Below, piece after piece: positions 7,929 through 14,325 of a stretch of DNA of 14,325 nt. The notes below the pieces were generated by a model that saw only the letters and a list, made by a program, of their open reading frames with translations, ran no database searches and was not told where the DNA came from. The translations under genes were made by a program, and so were the position numbers. This DNA comes from Armatimonadia bacterium (lineage in GTDB: Bacteria; Armatimonadota; Zipacnadia; Zipacnadales; UBA11051): assembly GCA_039683575.1 (NCBI GenBank), contig JBDKRC010000256.1, positions 1 to 14,325 of the forward strand, in the 5' to 3' direction. Positions within the stretch are counted from its first letter, which is position 1. Every line of letters begins with the position of its first letter.

Positions 7929-9290
7929 ATGACAACCCCGCCGCGCTGGGCCTGGAGCCTGCTGCTTGTCGTCTATCTGCTCTTCGCTTTCATCTTCAGC
8001 ATCATCCAGCCGCTGGGCCGCACCCCCGATGAGGCTGCCCACGTCACGTATGCCAAGTTCCTCGCTCAGAACCACCGTCTGCCCATCTTCGACGCCATGG
8101 GTGGGGGAGAGGCCGGCTATGAGGCCCAGCACCCGCCCCTGTACTATGCCGCCATGGCAGTTGTGTACGGGCTGACGGGCTTCCTCGCCGAGAACTGGCG
8201 CTGGCATGCTATGCGCTGGGCAACCATTTTGCTGCTTGGCCTGCCCATGTTCGTCATCTGTCGGCGCTTCTTCACCGAGGCCCTGAGCAAGCGCGGGCTG
8301 TGTGCCACCGCCGATCCTGACGACCATCAGGACGGCTGTGTAGTTGAAGACAACGCAATCCTGCCCTTCATCGCCACCGCCAGTGTGATGCTCATGCCGC
8401 TGACGTTGCTCTACACCGGATACATCAACCCCGATGGCGCAGCCATGGTTTTCGCAACGTTAACCCTGTGGTTGGCATGGCGTCTGCGCCTCTGCGACCC
8501 TGATCCCCGTCAGGCGGCCATCTTGGGTATTGCGGCCGGCCTCGGCGCGCTCTGCAAGGTCTCGGCCGCCCCGGCGCTTGCGATCGCGTTGCTGGCCCAT
8601 GTGCGGCCGCGCCAGGGCCTCCGCAAGGGCTACCGCGTCGCCTGGACCGATCTCGGCCTCACCCTGGCCGCCTTCGCCGTCACCGCTGGATGGTGGTACG
8701 CGCGTAACTGGTATCTCTACCGCAGCCCGCTCGTGCACACCACAGGCATGATGGGCAGCGGCCTCGGGGCCGCGATGCGCTACTCGTTCTGGCAGTTCGC
8801 CTGGCTCACCTGGAGGGAGACCTACCTGAGCACGTGGGTGCAGCGCGGATGGTTCTACGGGGATTTCTGGAACGCCCTGCTATACGGCATCATCATTGCG
8901 ATGACAATCATGGCTATCGTCGGCCTGATCCGCAACAAGCGCGTGGCGAAGAGCGAGACCGGCGCTGCCAGCCCCACTCACCTGCGCAGCGCGCTGAACT
9001 TCTCGGGGCTGCTGCTGGCACTGGTCTTCATAGGCCATCAGTGGGCCTATTGGACCGTGGACGTGGAGTTCAACGCCGGAGGGCGGTACATACTGGTTGC
9101 GATGATGGGCCTGGTCTTGCTGCTTGTCGTCGGCGTCAAATGCCTCACGGGCCGCTATGCCCTGCCGGTGCTGTGGGCATGGGTCGCCAGCCTGATAGTC
9201 ATGAACCTGGTATCGATGTGGAACATCTGGTACATGCTCAACCCGCGGTTCGCTCCCGGATGGCAGATCTTTAACTTTCCTGGTAGCTGA
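7929..9290 (+). CDS. Polytopic membrane protein, GT-C fold (PMT/ArnT-like) glycosyltransferase-like
   Basis: First TM followed by a PDEAAH acidic loop motif, YEAQHPPLYY, NPD, GLGALCK, GWWYARNWYLY, GRY, and many TM segments. ATG 7929 has GAGGT (7914-7918) upstream. Confidence 0.85.
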   Translation: MTTPPRWAWSLLLVVYLLFAFIFSIIQPLGRTPDEAAHVTYAKFLAQNHRLPIFDAMGGGEAGYEAQHPPLYYAAMAVVYGLTGFLAENWRWHAMRWATILLLGLPMFVICRRFFTEALSKRGLCATADPDDHQDGCVVEDNAILPFIATASVMLMPLTLLYTGYINPDGAAMVFATLTLWLAWRLRLCDPDPRQAAILGIAAGLGALCKVSAAPALAIALLAHVRPRQGLRKGYRVAWTDLGLTLAAFAVTAGWWYARNWYLYRSPLVHTTGMMGSGLGAAMRYSFWQFAWLTWRETYLSTWVQRGWFYGDFWNALLYGIIIAMTIMAIVGLIRNKRVAKSETGAASPTHLRSALNFSGLLLALVFIGHQWAYWTVDVEFNAGGRYILVAMMGLVLLLVVGVKCLTGRYALPVLWAWVASLIVMNLVSMWNIWYMLNPRFAPGWQIFNFPGS

Positions 9291-10658
9291 GGGTATGTCG
9301 GGTCTGGCATAGCGCGGGATCAGGTCAGTCTTCAGGTTGTAGATCGAGAGCACATTGAACAGGAGCATCAGCCCTGCGCCGAGCATCAGGGCGTGTGGCA
9401 CCCGCTTCTCGCCTATGATCGGCCTCCACCCCGCCGCGACCAACGGGATCAGCGCAATCAGCATGGTCTGCGCGTGCTTGCCCGTCTCCTCGTTGTTGTG
9501 CGGGAAGACCATCACCCAGTGCAGCGCCGCCAGCACCATGCTCAGGGCCATCACAATGAATCCGATGAGCAGTCCGGGAGGAACGCCTTCCGCGTTCCGG
9601 AACCGCTCTCTGATCTGTACAACTAGCCCATAGCCGACGATCGCGGTCAATGCCAGCAAGGCCGCATAGAAGGGATGGGCTGTCCATGGCGGTAGCCAGC
9701 CCACCTGGCTCCACACGCTCAGCCACAGGCCTCTCAGCGTAAACCACACCTGCCAGAGCAAGGCACCGGGGAAGAAAATCAGGTCGGCCCAACTGACCTG
9801 CGACGTGCTCTGTTCGGTCGCGAAGGGACTGTGGTACAGCAACAGGTTGCGCACATACCACCATCCGCTCACCAGCAGCGTCCCGCCGACTGCCGTCCCC
9901 AGATTGTGCCACACTTGCGCCGCCTGCCCCCTGGCCCGCGTTACCAGCACCAAGGCCACGATTGCCCCAGGCACCAGTAGCAGGCCCGTCTGCTTGGTCA
10001 AAAGCGCCAGTCCGAGCGCCAACCCCGCCACAAACCACTGCTTCGCGCCGGCTTCCTGGTAGCAGTTTCTTATCAACACATATAAGAACAGTGACGCCGT
10101 GGTCGCCGCCATGACGTCGGTGTAGATCACGCTGCTTATCATGAGGCGGTGCGGGACCAGGCAGAATAGGGCGGTGGCGGCGAAGGCCATCCAGACTCTC
10201 TCGCCCGCCTCGCTCGTGGCGCGGAAGATCAGCAGAAAGCTCTTCCACGCCAGTAGGACCATCAACGCCCCCAGCACCACCGAATAGAGCCTCAGCACAT
10301 ACTGCTGGTCATGCAGCGTCAGGTTCTCTGTGAGCTTGTAGATCACCGCTCCGGTCCAGTAGTAGACTGGCCCATGCGCCGCCGTCCCCGCCGGGTCTGC
10401 CGTAGTGTAGTACTCCGACAAATCGCGGAAGGGGTTGCTGATCACCGGCAGTCGCCAGTTCTCGGCCACATACTTCATGTGCGAGTAGTGCAGCGGCTCA
10501 TCCGGCACAGACCCCCAGAGCGGCAGCAGGAACGCGTAGTATCCTGCCAGCGTCACATGCACTGCCAGCAGCACCGGCAGCATCCACTGCGGTGCCCGCC
10601 CATCCTGGGGGATAGGGGCTTTTGGTGCTTCATTCGTCACGGCTTGGTCTTCTGACAT
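8880..10658 (-). CDS. Polytopic membrane protein, GT-C fold glycosyltransferase-like; paralogue of 7929-9290 with a long 3' run-on
   Basis: PDEPLH, HGPVYY, LRLYSV..G, YTD, GLALLTK, GWWYVRNLLLY, SVWSQVGW. Likely start ATG 10658 (GGAAGG upstream). Similarity to the paralogue ends near 9306, but the first in-frame stop is at 8880. Confidence 0.8.
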   Translation of the reverse strand: MSEDQAVTNEAPKAPIPQDGRAPQWMLPVLLAVHVTLAGYYAFLLPLWGSVPDEPLHYSHMKYVAENWRLPVISNPFRDLSEYYTTADPAGTAAHGPVYYWTGAVIYKLTENLTLHDQQYVLRLYSVVLGALMVLLAWKSFLLIFRATSEAGERVWMAFAATALFCLVPHRLMISSVIYTDVMAATTASLFLYVLIRNCYQEAGAKQWFVAGLALGLALLTKQTGLLLVPGAIVALVLVTRARGQAAQVWHNLGTAVGGTLLVSGWWYVRNLLLYHSPFATEQSTSQVSWADLIFFPGALLWQVWFTLRGLWLSVWSQVGWLPPWTAHPFYAALLALTAIVGYGLVVQIRERFRNAEGVPPGLLIGFIVMALSMVLAALHWVMVFPHNNEETGKHAQTMLIALIPLVAAGWRPIIGEKRVPHALMLGAGLMLLFNVLSIYNLKTDLIPRYARPDIPSATRKVKDLPSGSEPRVEHVPDVPHRYQVHDYQAGDPCPQHRQGIAAREAFDADDKQQDQAHHRNQYVPPSGVELHVHGPIGPLMAYEDQCQQQPREVQRAAQVSGAGSAGLALRHALVADQADDSHDCHRNDDAV

Positions 10659-10779
10659 CCCGTTGCCCTTCCGAGTGGTTCGTAAATTGCCGTAGTACTC
10701 AACAATGAGAGCGCCGCGAAGCGTTCCGGGGAGGGCTCTCAGCGGCCCAGATAACCGCTCGCAGGCCCGAAACCCAGTC

Positions 10780-10808
10780 TTGACAGGCCTCCCCCAAAGG
10801 AGTACCTT
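10780..10808 (+). promoter_or_regulatory. Sigma70-type promoter for the corA leader transcript
   Basis: Perfect -35 TTGACA (10780-10785), 17-nt spacer, -10 TACCTT (10803-10808). Confidence 0.75.
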
Positions 10809-10810
10809 CA

Positions 10811-11011
10811 TAGTCGCTGGATTTTTCCAGCTTATTCCCGGTTAATGGCGTTGAAGAGCTATGAGCGACGAACTGCCTAGTAAACCGCACTTACCAAAGT
10901 TGAACGCCTTGCCGGCCAGATTCACAGCGGAGGATCTTTGCATCTGATCCCTCATGCTCGTGAAGCTTTGACTACATGTCCTGGCCCCTAAGGCCGGGAT
11001 TTTTCGTTTTT
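10811..11011 (+). promoter_or_regulatory. Structured cis-regulatory leader (transcription attenuator / riboswitch candidate) upstream of the CorA-family gene
   Basis: Lies between a clear promoter and the CorA start. It is more AT-rich than the flanking CDS, has several complementary segments and ends in an intrinsic terminator. It does not match the M-box core sequences as I recall them. Confidence 0.7.
10978..11011 (+). terminator. Intrinsic terminator within the corA leader (attenuator)
   Basis: GTCCTGGCC (10978-10986) - CCTAA - GGCCGGGAT (10992-11000), followed by TTTTCGTTTTT. It ends ~50 nt upstream of the co-oriented start codon. Confidence 0.85.
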
Positions 11012-11059
11012 CTGCTCCCCGGCATGGCGTTCCTCACCCGTACCACAAAGGAGGTAGCC

Positions 11060-12085
11060 ATGCCCCTCACCCTCCCGCAGTCCTGCTACGACGTCCAGGA
11101 TGGGCTCGTCGCGCCGGCCGATGGTCCGCGCGCGCCTATTGTCGTGTACAACGATCCCACGCCTGATCAACGAGAGTTCCTGACCACGGAACTGCAGATT
11201 GACGAGCACACGCTCCAGTCCGCCCTCGACCCCGATGAGATGGCGCGCCTGGAGTTTGAGCCCGATCACGCGGCCATCATCCTCAAGCGCGCTAACCGCA
11301 TCGTTGATGAAGACAACAATCAGGAATTCCACGTCGTCTCCCTCGGGGCCTTCCTGTTCCAGAACAAGCTCGTCTTCATCCACACCGATACCTTGCAGTT
11401 ATTCGGGGGACGCAGGCCCAGCTTCCGCTGCGCCTCCCTGCAGGGCGCCTTACTTGACGTGCTCTATCAGACCATCGCACAGTTCATGCGCGACATCCGG
11501 CTGATTCACCACCTCTCAGAGACCATCGAGGACCATATCGCCTATTCGCTCGGCAATAGGGCACTCTCGAGCATGTTCGACCTGCAAAAGGGCCTCGTGT
11601 ACTACCAGACGTCTCTCCAGTCGAACCAGGCCCTCTTTGCCAAGCTTCGCATGCACGCCGACCGCATCGGCTTCTCCCGCGAAGAGCGCGAGTTGCTCGA
11701 TGACATCATTGTTGAAAATGAGCAATGTCTGAAGCTGGTCGAGATGTACTCGAACATCCTCACCGGGATGTCCGATGCCCGGGTCTCAATCATCAGCAAC
11801 AACCTCAACATCATCATGAAGAAGCTGACTGTAATCAGTATCATCTTCATGCCACTGAACATCATTGCGTCCATGGGCGGCATGTCCGAGTGGAGCACGC
11901 TCACCCACAAGGTCCCCTGGTCGCTCTCCTACGGGGCTTTCACCGCGGGGCTCTTTGTCATCGCATGGGTAACATGGTTGCTGATCCGCAACATCGGAGT
12001 CGAGGAACGGCCCGAGGGGGTCCGCAAGCGACGGCGCCGGTTGCGGCGTCTGCCGTCGCTGCTCTCCGCCGTCTTCCGGCACTGA
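11060..12085 (+). CDS. corA: CorA-family (2-TM-GxN superfamily) divalent cation transporter with a GMS variant motif
   Basis: ALDPDE..RLE, L.KGLVYY..SL..N, ELLDDIIVENEQ, SIISNNLN..MKKLT.ISIIFMP, two C-terminal TM helices with GGMSE between them, and a basic tail. Strong SD AAGGAGGT before ATG 11060. Confidence 0.92.
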   Translation: MPLTLPQSCYDVQDGLVAPADGPRAPIVVYNDPTPDQREFLTTELQIDEHTLQSALDPDEMARLEFEPDHAAIILKRANRIVDEDNNQEFHVVSLGAFLFQNKLVFIHTDTLQLFGGRRPSFRCASLQGALLDVLYQTIAQFMRDIRLIHHLSETIEDHIAYSLGNRALSSMFDLQKGLVYYQTSLQSNQALFAKLRMHADRIGFSREERELLDDIIVENEQCLKLVEMYSNILTGMSDARVSIISNNLNIIMKKLTVISIIFMPLNIIASMGGMSEWSTLTHKVPWSLSYGAFTAGLFVIAWVTWLLIRNIGVEERPEGVRKRRRRLRRLPSLLSAVFRH

Positions 12086-12111
12086 CTAACAAACACGTTC
12101 CACATGAGAAC

Positions 12112-12166
12112 AGAGGCCCTTGCCACGCACTACGAGCGAGCTCGCTATGCACGGCAAGGGCCTTTT
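12112..12166. terminator. Long hairpin between the convergent corA and FGGY kinase genes; probable terminator
   Basis: AGGCCCTTGCC (12114-12124) / GGCAAGGGCCT (12153-12163) is a perfect 11-bp inverted repeat followed by TTT. It encloses the palindrome AGCGAGCTCGCT (12135-12146). Confidence 0.65.
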
Positions 12167-12196
12167 CCATTGCTTAGCCTGACTGCGCCGTCCGAG

Positions 12197-13714
12197 CTAA
12201 CCGTGCATCAGGTCTTTCAGCGCCGGATACGTGGCGACGTACTTCTCAAACTGGGCGTCATAATGGTCCTTAAGCCTCGGGTCGGGCAGGACCTCGCGGG
12301 TCACCTTGACCATTGCCTCAGCTGCCTGGGCCGGATTGTCAAAGTACCCCGCGCCTGACGCCGCCAGAATAGCGGTGCCCAGCGCCGTGGCCTCCGGCTC
12401 CTCGGTCAGGTAGATCGGTATCCCCGACGCATCGGCATGAATCTGCAGCCACAAAGCGCTACGAGTGCCACCACCGCAGGCGTAGACCGCCTCGGGCTCA
12501 AAGCCGGCAGCTTTGAGGTCCTCGATGATGTGGCGGCTGCCCAGAGCCGTACCCTCGTACACCGCCCGCAAGAGGTGTCCGATCTCGTGTTTGAGACTGA
12601 GACCCCAGATGACGCCGCGCGCCAGAGGATCACGTATCGGGCTGCGGTTGCCCTGCCAGTAATCAAGCAGCGTGAGGCCCTCGGCTCCAGGCGGCACTGC
12701 TGCAGCCTTCTCGTCCAGCACCGTGAACCGGTCAGCCCCGCGCTTCTCGGCCTCAACCTGCTCCCGGTACCCGAAGTTATCCGCCAGCCAGGTGACGATT
12801 GCTCCTGTGGCCGCCTGCGCGCCCTCCAGCACCCATGTCCCCGGCAGCAGCGCATCCGGATACGGCCCCCAAACGTGCGAATCGAACAGCCCCTCGGCAG
12901 AGAGAGCCTCATGGCAGGTAGACGTCCCTATGACCAGCGCCATCGTGTTCGGCCGCACCACTCCCACGCCAAACATGCCGGCGTAGGCGTCAATCCCGCC
13001 CTGCGCAATCGGGATTCCGGGCTTGAGGCCAAGCTCAGCCGCTGCCGTGGCGCTGAGTTCTCCCGCGGGCGCCCCCATCGGCAGCACCTCGGTCGGCCAC
13101 TTGTCACGCAGTTCGCTCAGGTTGAGCGTTGCGAGCAGCCGGTCCGGCCATCCGCCCTCCGGGTTAGCATAGTTCCACTTGGCCGTGACATTGTTCAGCG
13201 AGACCAACCAATCGCCCGTCAGGCGATACATCAGCCAGTCCACGCCCTCGACGATGAGGTCGGCCTGCTCGTAGGTAGCGGGCTCGTTTTCGCGCAACCA
13301 CAGGGCCTTTGGCAGCATCCACTCCGGCGACTCCTGCCAGCCAACGTACTTCAGGACCGGATCGCGCGTATCGGTCACGCGCTGGGCCTGCTCGTGCGCG
13401 CGCTGGTCCATCCACAGCAGGACAGGCCGCAAAACCCGCCCGTCGCGCTTGCAGGCCACCACCGTGCACGAGGTGCCGTCCAGGCTGAGGCCCGCGATGT
13501 CAGCGGGCGTTAGCCCCGCCTCGGCCAGCGCCTGCGGCACACAAGCCTTCGCGGCGTTCCACCAGTCCTCGGCATTCTGCTCAGCCCACGAAACGTTGGG
13601 GAAGTTGATAGGGGTGGGACGGGTGGCAGCGGCGACGATCTTGCCGCTAAGGTCGGCAATGACCACGCGCAGGCTTTGCGTGCCGCAGTCGATTGCGAGG
13701 AAATAGGGGCCCAT
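12197..13714 (-). CDS. FGGY-family carbohydrate kinase (ribulokinase/xylulokinase-like)
   Basis: LAIDCGTQSLR, WAEQNAEDWW, DGTSCTVV, LLWMDQRA, GGIDAY, GTSTC, DYWQGNRSP, RAVYEG, GGGTRS.LWLQIHAD, EATALGTAILA. Confidence 0.95.
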   Translation of the reverse strand: MGPYFLAIDCGTQSLRVVIADLSGKIVAAATRPTPINFPNVSWAEQNAEDWWNAAKACVPQALAEAGLTPADIAGLSLDGTSCTVVACKRDGRVLRPVLLWMDQRAHEQAQRVTDTRDPVLKYVGWQESPEWMLPKALWLRENEPATYEQADLIVEGVDWLMYRLTGDWLVSLNNVTAKWNYANPEGGWPDRLLATLNLSELRDKWPTEVLPMGAPAGELSATAAAELGLKPGIPIAQGGIDAYAGMFGVGVVRPNTMALVIGTSTCHEALSAEGLFDSHVWGPYPDALLPGTWVLEGAQAATGAIVTWLADNFGYREQVEAEKRGADRFTVLDEKAAAVPPGAEGLTLLDYWQGNRSPIRDPLARGVIWGLSLKHEIGHLLRAVYEGTALGSRHIIEDLKAAGFEPEAVYACGGGTRSALWLQIHADASGIPIYLTEEPEATALGTAILAASGAGYFDNPAQAAEAMVKVTREVLPDPRLKDHYDAQFEKYVATYPALKDLMHG

Positions 13715-13761
13715 TACGGCTCACGCTCCGAGTACAGTCTGTAGAAGCCGCGCTCCCCCAC

Positions 13762-14271
13762 CTACCACCGCTCGCGGTGCACACGATCCATCGGGCCAGG
13801 CCCGCGATTCTTGCCCTCGCTGGCCGGGTATCCGAGACTGAAGATGCACAGCACGCGCATGTTGTCCGGGATGTCCAGTATCTCCCGAACCAGGTCCTCA
13901 CGGTCATAGCCGCGCTCATCGCTGCCGCGAATGCCGATCCAGCAGGTGCCGAGGCCAAGCGCAGCCGCCTGAATCATGGCGTTCTCGGTCGCAGCGGCGC
14001 AGTCCTCGATCCACCAGTGGTCTGAGTCGACTTCATCCGCGCACATGGCGATGACGGCAGGCGCCTGGGCACAGAACCCGGCGTACTGGTGGACCTGCGA
14101 CAGGGCCAGGCGCCGGGCTTCGTCCGTCACGACAATCACATGCCACGGACGCACGTTATTGGCCGTCGGAGCCGACAACGCTGCCTCCATCACCTCCTGA
14201 AGCGCCTCTGCAGGCACCGCCTCGGGCTTGTACTGCCGCACACTCCTGCGCAGGGCAATTGCTTCCAGCAT
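13762..14271 (-). CDS. Nitroreductase family flavoprotein
   Basis: RRSVRQY, AALSAPTANN.RPW, DCAAATEN..IQAAALGLGTCWIG, SLGYP. ATG 14271 has AAGGAG 8 nt upstream. Confidence 0.95.
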   Translation of the reverse strand: MLEAIALRRSVRQYKPEAVPAEALQEVMEAALSAPTANNVRPWHVIVVTDEARRLALSQVHQYAGFCAQAPAVIAMCADEVDSDHWWIEDCAAATENAMIQAAALGLGTCWIGIRGSDERGYDREDLVREILDIPDNMRVLCIFSLGYPASEGKNRGPGPMDRVHRERW

Positions 14272-14298
14272 CCTCGTCACTCCTTCCGTCTTTCCGCT

Positions 14299-14323
14299 GT
14301 AGGGCGGGGGCTTGTTACCCGCC
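14299..14323 (+). repeat. GTAG-type REP-like palindrome at the window edge
   Basis: GTAG immediately followed by GGCGGG-GGCTTGTTA-CCCGCC, in intergenic sequence. Only one copy is visible, so its repetitive nature is not shown. Confidence 0.45.
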
Positions 14324-14325
14324 GC

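Noticed and set aside
10706-10741. Inverted repeat TGAGAGC/GCTCTCA upstream of the minus-strand GT-C-like gene
   Set aside because: A 7-bp stem with no U-tract or identifiable promoter context; not enough to assign a function.
10659-10811. N-terminal extension of the minus-strand GT-C-like ORF
   Set aside because: It overlaps the corA promoter and has no counterpart in the paralogue, and ATG 10658 has a plausible SD.
10845-10880. Second uORF MALKSYERRTA in the corA leader
   Set aside because: No SD upstream and no distinctive residues, so consistent with chance.
10840-10910. Fluoride (crcB) riboswitch, suggested by ATGGCGTT...TAAACCGC...AACGCC
   Set aside because: Lacks the GGnGAUG...UUCnCC first stem and the GCUGAUGAC segment, spacing is too long, and the downstream gene is not a fluoride exporter.
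10830-10975. Calling the corA leader a canonical M-box (ykoK)
   Set aside because: The conserved core words are not present and only short reminiscent fragments are seen. Left as an unassigned candidate pending a covariance-model search.
10976-11059. N-terminal extension of CorA from ATG 10976
   Set aside because: It runs through the terminator hairpin and U-tract, and the strong SD is at ATG 11060.
12437-13513. Long alternative-frame ORFs (12437-13513 +, 9325-10248 -, 2581-3348 -, 6975-7613 + and similar)
   Set aside because: Shadow ORFs over well-supported genes in GC-rich DNA, with no recognisable motifs.
1-14325. CRISPR array, tRNA/rRNA, transposase/integrase, or stop-codon recoding
   Set aside because: No regularly spaced repeats, cloverleafs or recombinase motifs were seen, and the recognised genes read intact under the standard bacterial code.

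Overview
GC-rich bacterial window with 15 supportable coding regions. (1) A + strand carbohydrate-utilisation cluster at 1-5116: a partial ORF, an FAH-family hydrolase, a sugar ABC substrate-binding lipoprotein, a sulfatase-fold enzyme with Thr in place of the catalytic Cys/Ser, and a CE15-type esterase, closed by a perfect 13-bp hairpin. (2) A - strand vitamin B6 locus in which pdxS and pdxT are separated by a small membrane protein and an MNT-HEPN pair; pdxS has a clear sigma70-type promoter and a structured ~105-nt leader. (3) Two convergent, paralogous GT-C-like membrane proteins whose reading frames overlap by 411 nt. (4) A CorA-family transporter with a non-canonical GMS motif. It is preceded by a ~245-nt leader containing a 5' hairpin, a long structured core, a Pro-containing uORF and an intrinsic terminator with competing anti-terminator pairings; this is the best candidate for an undescribed regulatory system here. 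(5) A - strand nitroreductase and FGGY sugar kinase, and a GTAG-type REP-like palindrome at the right edge. No rRNA, tRNA, CRISPR array or transposase was recognised. All base pairings were read by eye, and no folding or database search was run.
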